From positions 6,438-70,437 of the forward strand of contig JBEGVB010000167.1 in NCBI GenBank assembly GCA_041178545.1: a DNA stretch of 64,000 nt. Reading direction: 5' to 3'. Made by a program: the position numbers and the translations under genes. This document shows positions 25,873 through 33,945 of the stretch, piece by piece; the first letter of the stretch is position 1; every line of letters starts with the position of its first letter. The DNA is from Planctomycetota bacterium. GTDB lineage: Bacteria > Planctomycetota > UBA1135 > UBA2386. The notes beneath the pieces were generated by a model that ran no database searches, was not told the origin of the DNA, and was given only the letters and a program-made list of their open reading frames with translations.

Positions 25873-26889
25873 ATGCAGGCGAGCCCGAGAGAACTCAATC
25901 CCGTGCACGGAACTCTTGCAGCCCTGGTCTCGGGTGCGGCTGCAGGCGCAGCGATCCTCGCGCCGCGCTGGGGCGGGCCGCCCACGGCAGTCGAGGTGGT
26001 GCACGGCACGGCTGCGTCCGTGCGCGGCGCGGCCGAGCTCCAGGCCCTCGCGATCGCACTGCTGGTCGTCGTGCCCGGTACGTTGCTCCCCGTGGTGCGG
26101 CGGAACGGGTGGTTTGCCTCCTGTGCCGGCGCCGCGCTGGCCATGGGCCTCGCGGGACTGTTGGTGGTCGGTGGGCTTCCGCCCGTGGCCTGTGGGGTTG
26201 GCGCTGCCCTCGCTGGCCTTGCCGTTGCGCCGCTGTTGCGCGAGCGCGGCCTGCTCAGTCTCGTCGTCGTGCCCATGCTCGCCCCGCTGCCGGCACTGTT
26301 GTGCGTGCGCACGCAACTGCAGCTCGCGGACGCGAGCCGGCTGGTCGGGAGCGTCCAGGCTCGCGCACCACTGTTCGGCTCGGTGGTGCTCGAACTGCCC
26401 GTGGAATGCACCGTTGCCGAGGCGCGCACGTTTGCGCTGGCCCTGCAGCCGCCGCACCGGCAGGAGGCGGTGGACACGTTGTGGGTCGTGGAGGGCAGCG
26501 TCCATGCGCGCTGGGTGCAGCAACTCGGCTTGCCCGTACTGCGGGTGCGCGGCGTGGAAGCGGAACTCTCGGGCCCTGACCGACAGGCGGCCCTCGCGTA
26601 CCCGGGCAAGGCAAGGGTCACCGCAGGGTGGGAGACGCGTGGCGACGGTGCGCGGGTCCTGCGGGTGCACGCGCCCGAGCTCGCCGGTGGCACGCTGGCC
26701 CTCTTCAGCTGGGCAGGCGTGCACGAGGATCGACTCGGCTCGGACGGACTCGCATCGGTCGCAGCCAGCGCGCTGGCTGCGTACGGGGCGGCGGAAGGCC
26801 CCATGCCAGCAGGGGCTCGGATGCAGGGTCTCGCCGTGTCCCCGGTCCAAGCCGATGTCTATGGTTGGTTCGACGTCCCGATGCCATGA
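25873..26889 (+). CDS. Hypothetical integral membrane protein (about 4 TM + soluble C-terminal domain)
   Basis: This is the last 339 codons of track ORF 23308..26889, starting at ATG 25873. It is divergent from YfhO copy 2 and coupled by an ATGA overlap to the downstream GT-C gene. The N-terminal half is hydrophobic ('LQALAIALLVVVPGTLL', 'GAALAMGLAGLLVVGGL', 'LSLVVVPMLAPLPALL'). No family recognised. Confidence 0.5.
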   Translation: MQASPRELNPVHGTLAALVSGAAAGAAILAPRWGGPPTAVEVVHGTAASVRGAAELQALAIALLVVVPGTLLPVVRRNGWFASCAGAALAMGLAGLLVVGGLPPVACGVGAALAGLAVAPLLRERGLLSLVVVPMLAPLPALLCVRTQLQLADASRLVGSVQARAPLFGSVVLELPVECTVAEARTFALALQPPHRQEAVDTLWVVEGSVHARWVQQLGLPVLRVRGVEAELSGPDRQAALAYPGKARVTAGWETRGDGARVLRVHAPELAGGTLALFSWAGVHEDRLGSDGLASVAASALAAYGAAEGPMPAGARMQGLAVSPVQADVYGWFDVPMP

Positions 26890-28454
26890 GCGAGAGCACC
26901 GCGAGAACAAAGGAGGACCTGCCGCCGGGCAACGGGTTCGCCCGCGTGCGCCTCGACGAACCCTCGCGCGCGTTCACCGACCGGCAGCTCTGGGCACTCC
27001 TCGCCATCACGGTGCTCGGCGCCGCCTTGCGGCTGCTGGGGCTCGGTGAATGGTCGTTCTGGGTCGACGAGGCCCACACGTGGCGCGATGCCACCATGCC
27101 CGACTCGATCTTCTGGGAGAGCAACCGCTCCTGGTACCCGCTCTCGTACCTGCTGCTCCGGTGGTTGCTGGACGCCGGGCTCCTCACGCACCACAGCGAG
27201 GGCTGGCTCCGGCTGCCGTTCGCGTTCTTCGGCATCCTCTCGGTCCCGCTGCTCGCCATCGTCGGCAACATGCTCGTGGGGAGGTCCGCCTCACTCCTCG
27301 CGGCACTGCTGCTCGCCGTGAACCCGTGGCACATCTACTTCAGCCAGAACGCCCGCAGCTACGTCCTCGTGTTCTTCTTCGCGCTGCTCGGGGCGGGAGT
27401 GTTCTGGCTCAGTGTGGTGCGCCGGAGCCTGCTGCTCCTGATGGCGTCGATCCTGCTGGTGGTGCTCGGCGTGATGAGCCACCCGACGGCCGGGCTCCTC
27501 TTTGCGCCGATGGCCACCTACGCGTGGCTGGCCCAGCGCAGGCTCGACTCGCGCTCACTGATGCGCACCGGGCTCGTGCTGCTCCTCGGCGTCATCGTCG
27601 CACAGGTGATGAGCATGGTGCCGCCGTTCCACGAGTTCGTGCGCGCCAAGTCGGACCCGTCGCTCCTGCACCTGTTGCAGACCATCGCCTTCTACTTCCG
27701 TCCGTCGCTGCTGCTGGTTGCCCTGGTCGGCGTCTGGCTGCTCATGCAGACGCGGCTGCAGGGGCGCATCCTCTTCTTGTCGTGCTGGGTCGTCGTCCCG
27801 CTGATCGCTCTCGGCGTGCTGGGCACCAGCCTCGTCAAGGTGACTGCCCGCTACGCGTTCTGCACGCTGCCTGCGGTGCTGCTGTTGTGCGGCGCGGCCT
27901 CGGTGAAGATCGGTGAGGTGCTGCACCAGTCCATCGGCAAGGTCGCCAACTGGGGGCGCCTGCTGCCTGCCCTCGTGCTCCCTGCAATCGTCTGCCTCGA
28001 CATGGTGGCCTACGACTTCCTGTACTTCACCGTGCAGCGCGGTGACCGGGGGCAGTGGCGCGACGTGGCAGTGCACATCCAACGGACCAACACGACCGGC
28101 AGGATGCTGGTGCTCACCATCAACGAGCCGACCATGCAGTTCTACCTGCGTCGCTGGCACTACAGCGAGTTCGGCAAGGCCGACCCGTACCCAGGCCGCG
28201 AGGTCGTGAGCCTGGAGACGTCGAACATGGCCCGGCAGGGCGGGGCGGCCGCGTACTTCGACGAGTTGCGCAGCCGTGCGCAGGCCGAGCAGAAGGAACT
28301 CTACGCCGTGGTCACGCTCCCGGAACTGCGCGAGAAGGACCCTGACGGCAAGCTCGAGGAGTCGCTGCGCGAGCACCTCGAGCTGCAGGCCGTGTTCCCG
28401 ATCTGGGTCGGCCCGAAGGACGAGACCATCTACGTCTACCGCGCACGGCCCTGA
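26886..28454 (+). CDS. ArnT/PMT-like (GT-C fold, GT39/GT83-type) membrane glycosyltransferase
   Basis: 'LLGLGEWSFWVDEAHTW' carries the DE motif in the first extracytoplasmic loop. 'AVNPWHIYFSQNARSY' and about 10 TM helices follow, then a soluble C-terminal domain. Start at ATG 26886 inside track ORF 26628..28454. Confidence 0.7.
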   Translation: MSESTARTKEDLPPGNGFARVRLDEPSRAFTDRQLWALLAITVLGAALRLLGLGEWSFWVDEAHTWRDATMPDSIFWESNRSWYPLSYLLLRWLLDAGLLTHHSEGWLRLPFAFFGILSVPLLAIVGNMLVGRSASLLAALLLAVNPWHIYFSQNARSYVLVFFFALLGAGVFWLSVVRRSLLLLMASILLVVLGVMSHPTAGLLFAPMATYAWLAQRRLDSRSLMRTGLVLLLGVIVAQVMSMVPPFHEFVRAKSDPSLLHLLQTIAFYFRPSLLLVALVGVWLLMQTRLQGRILFLSCWVVVPLIALGVLGTSLVKVTARYAFCTLPAVLLLCGAASVKIGEVLHQSIGKVANWGRLLPALVLPAIVCLDMVAYDFLYFTVQRGDRGQWRDVAVHIQRTNTTGRMLVLTINEPTMQFYLRRWHYSEFGKADPYPGREVVSLETSNMARQGGAAAYFDELRSRAQAEQKELYAVVTLPELREKDPDGKLEESLREHLELQAVFPIWVGPKDETIYVYRARP

Positions 28455-28672
28455 GCTGTCGCAGGCGGCACCGGGTCGAACCCAGGCGTGCCGAACGGCT
28501 GGCACCGCAACAAGCGCCAAAGGGTGAGCCACGAGCCGCGCAGCGCACCGTGGGTCCGCAGCGCGTCGAATGCGTACCGCGAGCAACTGGGATGGAACCT
28601 GCAGGTGGGTGGCTTCAGCGGGGAGACCAGCCGCATGTACAGCCAGACGGGCAGCACCAGCAGCCACCTCAC
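28436..28672 (-). CDS. yidD: Membrane protein insertion efficiency factor YidD
   Basis: 'YMRLVSPLKPPTCRFHPSCSRYAFDALRTHGALRGSWLTLWRLLRCQPF' is canonical YidD. The ATG overlaps the rnpA stop (ATGA). Confidence 0.92.
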   Translation of the reverse strand: MRWLLVLPVWLYMRLVSPLKPPTCRFHPSCSRYAFDALRTHGALRGSWLTLWRLLRCQPFGTPGFDPVPPATAQGRAR

Positions 28673-29058
28673 CGGCGCGGCCTCCTGGCCGGCTCGCCGC
28701 GTGCGCCAGCGGCCCTCGTCACCAGCTCGCGCAGTTCCGTGCGCAGCTCCGCGAGCACGAGCTTCTCCTCGCGCACCTTGGGCACGATGACGACCTCGAC
28801 TGCGGGGGGCAGGTCCGGACGCTCGAGCCGGAACGCCTCGCGCAGCAGCCGCTTGATCTTGTTGCGGACCACGGCCGAACCGTGGTCCTTGGACACGCTC
28901 AGCCCGAGCTTTGCACCCCGTGCGTCACGGGACGGGAGCACCACCACGGTCATCAACCTGCCGCTCGCACGGCGTCCGCGGCCGTAGACGCGGCGGAAGT
29001 CGCGCTGGGAGAGGAGGCGTGCCGCGCGCGGCAGCTTGTGACGGGGCCGCGGCGGCAT
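28669..29058 (-). CDS. rnpA: Ribonuclease P protein component
   Basis: 'RLLSQRDFRRVYGRGRRASGRLMTVVVL....GAKLGLSVSKDHGSAVVRNKIKRLLREAFR' is the RnpA signature, including the RNR motif region. Start at ATG 29058 inside track ORF 28669..29220. Confidence 0.88.
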   Translation of the reverse strand: MPPRPRHKLPRAARLLSQRDFRRVYGRGRRASGRLMTVVVLPSRDARGAKLGLSVSKDHGSAVVRNKIKRLLREAFRLERPDLPPAVEVVIVPKVREEKLVLAELRTELRELVTRAAGARGEPARRPRR

Positions 29059-29096
29059 CCTGCCAGGCGGTGCCGCGGGAGGAGTGGGGGCGTCCG

Positions 29097-30101
29097 TCAC
29101 TGCCCGAGGAACTGCACGGCCTCGACCATGCGCGGGTTGGAAGCGGGCAGGTTGGACGTGGCCACGAACCGACGGAAGTCCTCGCGTGCATCGTCTGCAC
29201 GGCCCAGCTCGCGGAAGCACCGACCGCGGTTGAAGTAGTCGGTGGTGCGGGACGGGTTGGCTGCGAGCACCGCATCGAGGTGCACGACGGCCGCTGCGTA
29301 GTTCTTCTGGTCGTAGAGCGTCTTCGCGAGGAACACGCGCACGTCGAGCTCCTGGCTCCGGATGCGGTCCTGTTCCTTGCGCAGTTCGCGCTCGAAGGTT
29401 GCCGTGGGGGAGGCCTCGATGCGGGACTGGTTGACCTCCTGGAACTTGCGCACTCCCTCCAGGTAGCTGTTGCCGTTGGAGAGCACCAGGTCGGGCTGTT
29501 CGAGGCCGGCGGCCACCTGCATCAGGTGGTAGTGGGCGAGCATGGTGAGGTCGCCTCGCTCCAGCAGCACCTCGAACACCGTGCGCGCCTCGGCGAGCAG
29601 CTCGCGACCCTCGGACTCGGCCTCTGCAGCAGCCTCCATGCGGTTCTCGTACCCGGACGCGCGGGTGCCGAGCGACTTCGCGGCGTCGCGGTCGCGGATG
29701 GAGTCCTGCATCCGGCGGATGCCGCGCGCCTGCAGCACCATCCCGTAGCCGAGCAGCAGGAAGCCCTCATGCCTGCTGGGCGAGCGCCATCCGTAGACGG
29801 AGGCGAGCTGCTCCTGGGCCTTCTGCAGCAGTCGCACCTGCTGTTCGTCGGAGAACCGGTCGTCCGATGCCTGGCGCAGCCAGACCATGCCCTTCATCGT
29901 GCTGAGCTTGTAGTCCTCGGGGTCGATCTCGAGGCCCTTCTCCGCCATCCCGAGGCACTGGTCCAGCATGCCACCGCCCCAGTAGGTCGCCGCGTTCTGC
30001 TGGCAGAGGGCGAGTTGGTTCCGCTCCTCCGGGGACAGGGACGTGCAGGCGACCGGCAGCAGGGCCGACAACAAGGCGATCCGGAGCGTCTTGGGGTCCA
30101 T
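29097..30101 (-). CDS. TPR-like repeat lipoprotein
   Basis: Lipobox 'LLSALLPVAC'. It is all-helical, with TPR-like segments ('AKTLYDQKNYAAAVVHLDAVLAANPSRTTDYFNRGRCFRELGRADDAREDF'). Confidence 0.6.
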   Translation of the reverse strand: MDPKTLRIALLSALLPVACTSLSPEERNQLALCQQNAATYWGGGMLDQCLGMAEKGLEIDPEDYKLSTMKGMVWLRQASDDRFSDEQQVRLLQKAQEQLASVYGWRSPSRHEGFLLLGYGMVLQARGIRRMQDSIRDRDAAKSLGTRASGYENRMEAAAEAESEGRELLAEARTVFEVLLERGDLTMLAHYHLMQVAAGLEQPDLVLSNGNSYLEGVRKFQEVNQSRIEASPTATFERELRKEQDRIRSQELDVRVFLAKTLYDQKNYAAAVVHLDAVLAANPSRTTDYFNRGRCFRELGRADDAREDFRRFVATSNLPASNPRMVEAVQFLGQ

Positions 30102-30281
30102 GGGTGGGTGGTGCGGGGCGGAAGGATAGTGGGGGTCGGCGCCCGGTGGGCCCCCTGCCGCCGAAATCCTCGTCGCGCCGGGGGCGCAGCAGGACGCTCT
30201 GGAATCACCCGGGAGTCCGTACTACCTCTCTCCGTCCTCCGGGTCCTCACCTCCCGGAAACCAAGGAGTGTTCCCAACGAC

Positions 30282-30992
30282 ATGATGCTCGATCCCGTGT
30301 ACTGGGTTGTGATCGGTGTGGGCATGGTGCTCGGCCTCTTCGCCACGATGGGCGTCAAGAGCACCTTTGCCCGCTACAGCCAGGTTGCCAGCCGCCGAGG
30401 CCTCACCGGGGCCCAGGTGGCCCATGCGATCCTGCAGGCAAACGGCATTGACGGCGTCACCGTCGAACCGGTGGCCGGCAAGCTCACCGACCACTACGAC
30501 CCCTCGACCCGCACGCTGCGGCTCAGCGAGCCGGTCTACCACTCGAACAGCGTGGCTGCGCTCGGCGTCGCCGCACACGAGGTGGGCCACGCCATCCAGC
30601 ACGCCCACGCGTTCGGCCCCCTCAAGTTCCGCTCGGCCTGGGTGCCGGTCGCGGGCTTCGGCACCAACATCGGGCTGGTGCTGGTGGTCGTCGCCATCGC
30701 CATGGGCGGCATCCATGGCGGCGGCGCCACGGTGGGCTGGCTCGGCCTGGCCCTGTTCGCCACCTCCACGGTCTTCACGCTCGTCACCCTGCCGGTCGAG
30801 TTCGACGCCAGCAGGCGCGCCCTCGCCACCCTCGCGCAGGGCGGCATCCTCGGTGCCGACGAACTGCCGGGCGCCCGCAAGGTGCTCAACGCAGCGGCCC
30901 TGACCTATGTGGCCGGCTTCGTCACCTCGCTGCTGCAGCTCCTCTACTGGGCCCACGCCTTGGGACTGTTCGGCGGCCGCCGCGAGGAGTGA
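30282..30992 (+). CDS. Putative neutral zinc metallopeptidase (YugP/Zn_peptidase_2 family)
   Basis: N-terminal TM, then 'DHYDPSTRTLRLSEPVYHSNSVAALGVAAHEVGHAIQH' (HExxH), then C-terminal TM helices and 'LPVEFDASRRA'. An AAGGAG Shine-Dalgarno sequence lies upstream. Confidence 0.85.
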   Translation: MMLDPVYWVVIGVGMVLGLFATMGVKSTFARYSQVASRRGLTGAQVAHAILQANGIDGVTVEPVAGKLTDHYDPSTRTLRLSEPVYHSNSVAALGVAAHEVGHAIQHAHAFGPLKFRSAWVPVAGFGTNIGLVLVVVAIAMGGIHGGGATVGWLGLALFATSTVFTLVTLPVEFDASRRALATLAQGGILGADELPGARKVLNAAALTYVAGFVTSLLQLLYWAHALGLFGGRREE

Positions 30993-31037
30993 GGTACTGC
31001 CCGAGTGCGTCCGGCGGCAGCTGCCGCCGTGGCGCGC

Positions 31038-31934
31038 TCACCACTGGTCGACGTGCCAGAGGCTCTTTGCAGCCTCTGCCTCGGGCTTGCTCGGGCTGCA
31101 CTCGACGCCCACGTAGCCACGGTAGCCGAGCTCGTGGAGCGCGCGCAGCACCCGCGGGTAGTGGATCTCGCCCGTACCCGGTTCCTTGCGGCCGGGGTGG
31201 TCCGCGAGCTGCGCGTAGCCGAGCTGGTCGAACCCTTCCTTGAGCCTGCCGCACAGGTCGCCCTCGCTGATCTGGCAGTGGTAGAGGTCCCAGTTGATCT
31301 TGACCATCGGTGAGCCGACGGCGCGGCAGATGGCCACGGCCGGTGCGCTGCCGTAGAGGCAGTGGCCCTTGTGGTCGACGCGGATGTTCATGGGCTCCAG
31401 GATGAGCATCACCTGGTGCTTCTCCGCCACGGGTGCCGCGAGCTTGAGGCCCGCAATCACGTTCTCGTGCATCTGCTGCTGGCTCATGCCGGCGATGTCG
31501 TTGCCGGCAACCACGGTCATGAGCTTGCAGCGGAGCTTCTTGGCCACCTCGCAGGAAGCCTCGACCTCCTCGACGAACTTCGCGTGGTTGCCCGTGTCGT
31601 TCAGGCCGGGGGAGAAGCCCCATGCCGTGAACTGTGCGACCTCGATGCCGAGCTCGCCGGTGAGGTCGGCCAGTGCACCGAGGTCCTTGTTGCGCCAGGG
31701 CCAGAACTCGACGGCGGGGAACCCCAGCCGCGCTGCCTCGCGCACGCGGTCGAGGAAGGGCTTGCCGCCCCACCACATCTCGACGTTTGCCGCGAAGCGC
31801 GTCTTGGGCGTGCGCGCAGGTTGCGCCGGCGCGGCGGCATCCTGGGGCGCCAGCGGGATCGCTGCCGTTGCGAGGGCCGCGGGTCCGGCGGCGAGGAGGG
31901 ATCGGCGCGTGGGGTGGTTCATGGTGCCCATCAT
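31038..31934 (-). CDS. Hydroxypyruvate isomerase-like / xylose isomerase-like TIM-barrel protein, Tat signal
   Basis: 'MNHPTRRSLLAAGPAALATAA' is a twin-arginine signal. 'FAANVEMWW...PFLDRVREAARLGFPAVEFW', 'ILEPMN' and 'GYVGVEC' are Hyi family motifs. Candidate starts are 31934, 31931 and 31922. Confidence 0.75.
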   Translation of the reverse strand: MMGTMNHPTRRSLLAAGPAALATAAIPLAPQDAAAPAQPARTPKTRFAANVEMWWGGKPFLDRVREAARLGFPAVEFWPWRNKDLGALADLTGELGIEVAQFTAWGFSPGLNDTGNHAKFVEEVEASCEVAKKLRCKLMTVVAGNDIAGMSQQQMHENVIAGLKLAAPVAEKHQVMLILEPMNIRVDHKGHCLYGSAPAVAICRAVGSPMVKINWDLYHCQISEGDLCGRLKEGFDQLGYAQLADHPGRKEPGTGEIHYPRVLRALHELGYRGYVGVECSPSKPEAEAAKSLWHVDQW

Positions 31935-32043
31935 GCAGGGCACCGTGCTCCTCGGCCAGTTGCACGCGTACGCGCTTTCGGGTCGAGCCCCTTGCACGCT
32001 CCCATGCTGCCTCCATGATCCGCGCACCCAGCAGGGCGCACGC

Positions 32044-32904
32044 ATGAGGAACAAGCCGCGCACGAAGAGCAAGGCACCGTCTCCCGCCAAGGTGTCGAAG
32101 CCAGCAGTCGCAGCGCCGCAGCCGTCGGCGGCGGGCCGGTGCGACCCGCAGTCCACATCCCTTGCGGGCAGGGTCGCCCTCGTGACCGGCTCCAGCAAGG
32201 GACTGGGCAAGGCGATGGCCTTCGCCCTCGGTGCCGCCGGGGCCAAGGTTGCCGTCAACTACTGCAACGGCCGCGAGCAGGCTGAGCGGACCTTTGCCGA
32301 GTTCACTGCGCGCGGGTGGTCGGGCGGGCTGTTCCGGGCGGACGTGACGCGCGAGTCCGCGGTCAACCGCCTGGTCGCGGACATCGGGCGCAAGCTGGGG
32401 CCAGTCGACATCGTCGTGGTGAATGCGACGCCGGACCAGCCGCACGCACCCATCGAGGAGTACGGCTGGGACTTCCACCAGCAGATGCTCGACTTCTTCG
32501 TCAAGTCGCCCTACCTGCTGGCCCGCGCGGTGCTGCCGCACATGAAGCAGCAGCGGTGGGGCCGCATCGTCAACATCGGCACGGAGAACGTGCGACTCGG
32601 GGTGCCCAACTTCAGCGCGTACTGCGCGGCCAAGGGTGCCCAGGCCGCATGGTCCGCCAGCATGGCGCGCGAGCTCGCGCCGTGGGCCATCACCGTCAAC
32701 ACCGTGTGCCCGGGCTGGATCCCGGTCGAGCGGCACGAGAACGACCCGCAGTCCGCCAAGGACGCATACCTCGCCGGCATCCCCATGAAGCGCTGGGGCA
32801 TCCCTGCCGACGTGGGGGGCATCGTGGCGTTCCTGGCGAGCGAGGCCGCCTCGTTCCTCACGGGTCAGGACATCGCCGTCAACGGCGGCAACACCGTCTG
32901 CTGA
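32044..32904 (+). CDS. SDR-family oxidoreductase (FabG-like)
   Basis: 'GRVALVTGSSKGLGKAMAFAL' is the TGxxxGxG motif, 'NATP' and 'YCAAKGA' supply the catalytic YxxxK, and 'FLASEAASFLTGQDIAVNGG' follows. There is a basic, Pro-rich N-terminal extension. Confidence 0.85.
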   Translation: MRNKPRTKSKAPSPAKVSKPAVAAPQPSAAGRCDPQSTSLAGRVALVTGSSKGLGKAMAFALGAAGAKVAVNYCNGREQAERTFAEFTARGWSGGLFRADVTRESAVNRLVADIGRKLGPVDIVVVNATPDQPHAPIEEYGWDFHQQMLDFFVKSPYLLARAVLPHMKQQRWGRIVNIGTENVRLGVPNFSAYCAAKGAQAAWSASMARELAPWAITVNTVCPGWIPVERHENDPQSAKDAYLAGIPMKRWGIPADVGGIVAFLASEAASFLTGQDIAVNGGNTVC

Positions 32905-32915
32905 GAGGAGTTCCC

Positions 32916-33944
32916 ATGCGCATCGCACTCTCGTCCGTCCTCGGTCTCTGCCTCGTCTCCTGTGGTGGTGACGACCCCGCGTCTGGCGGCGCCGCACCGG
33001 CAAGGCCAAGGGTTGCATTCGTCACCAACTGCGTCGCCGAGTTCTGGACCCTCGCCGAGCACGGCGTGAAGGCTGCAGAGAAGGAGTTCGACGTCGACGT
33101 GTCGGTGCACATGCCTGCTGCCGGCACCGCCGAGGAGCAGACGCGCATCCTCGACGACGTCATGGCCAAGGGCGTGCAGGGCGTGGCCGTGAGCCCCAAG
33201 GACCCGCAGAACATGACGGCGCTTCTCGACCGCGTGGCCGGACGTGCGCTGCTCGTCACGCACGACTCCGACGCCCCTGCGAGCAAGCGTCTTGCCTACG
33301 TGGGCATGGACAACTACGAGGCGGGGCGCATGTGTGGCCAGCTGGTGAAGGAGGTGTTGCCCGACGGTGGTGCCGTGGTGGTCCTGGTGGGCACCCTCGA
33401 CCAGGACAATGCGCGTCGCCGTCGGCAGGGGCTTGTCGACGAGCTGCTGGACCGCTCCATGGACAACACGCGCTTCGACCCGCAGGAGGCGGAGCTCAAG
33501 GGTGCCAAGTACGAGATCCGCGCCACCTTCACCGACCAGTTCGACCGCCAGAAGGCAAAGGCCCTCGCGCAGGACGCCCTCGGCAAGTGGTCCGACATCG
33601 CGTGCATGGTGGGCCTGTTCGAGTACGAGCCGCCACTCGTGCTGGAGGCCGTGCAGTCCGCGCAGCGTCTCGGCAAGGTCAAGGTGGTGGCCTTCGACGA
33701 GAACGAGCAGACCCTGCAGGGCATCCTCGACGGCCACATCCACGGGACCGTGGTCCAGAACCCCTACGAGTACGGTCGCACCTCGGTGGAGTTGCTCAGC
33801 AAGCTGCTGCGCGCGCCCACCCCTGATGCTCGCGCTGCACTGCTGCCCAAGGACGGCTTCCTCAACATCCCGGCCCGCAAGATCGTGAAGGACAACGTCG
33901 AGGCGTTCTGGGCGGACCTGAAGCAGAAGACCGGCAAGAAGTGA
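32916..33944 (+). CDS. Sugar ABC transporter substrate-binding lipoprotein (Peripla_BP_4 type)
   Basis: Lipobox 'LGLCLVSCGG'. 'VAFVTNCVAEFWTLAEHGVKAA', 'GVQGVAVSP' and 'VKVVAFDENEQTLQGILDGHIHGTVVQNPYEYG' are typical ribose/galactose-type binding-protein motifs. Confidence 0.8.
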   Translation: MRIALSSVLGLCLVSCGGDDPASGGAAPARPRVAFVTNCVAEFWTLAEHGVKAAEKEFDVDVSVHMPAAGTAEEQTRILDDVMAKGVQGVAVSPKDPQNMTALLDRVAGRALLVTHDSDAPASKRLAYVGMDNYEAGRMCGQLVKEVLPDGGAVVVLVGTLDQDNARRRRQGLVDELLDRSMDNTRFDPQEAELKGAKYEIRATFTDQFDRQKAKALAQDALGKWSDIACMVGLFEYEPPLVLEAVQSAQRLGKVKVVAFDENEQTLQGILDGHIHGTVVQNPYEYGRTSVELLSKLLRAPTPDARAALLPKDGFLNIPARKIVKDNVEAFWADLKQKTGKK

Positions 33945-33945
33945 G

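Noticed and set aside
23308-26889. 1193-aa plus-strand ORF
   Set aside because: The first roughly 855 codons are antisense to YfhO copy 2 and have no protein-like character. Only the last 339 codons (25873-26889) were kept, as a hypothetical membrane protein.
29059-29096. Possible rpmH (L34) upstream of rnpA
   Set aside because: Only 38 nt separate the rnpA start from the stop of the upstream TPR gene. No frame in or around this region encodes the MKRTxQPSxxKRxRxHGFRxRM signature.
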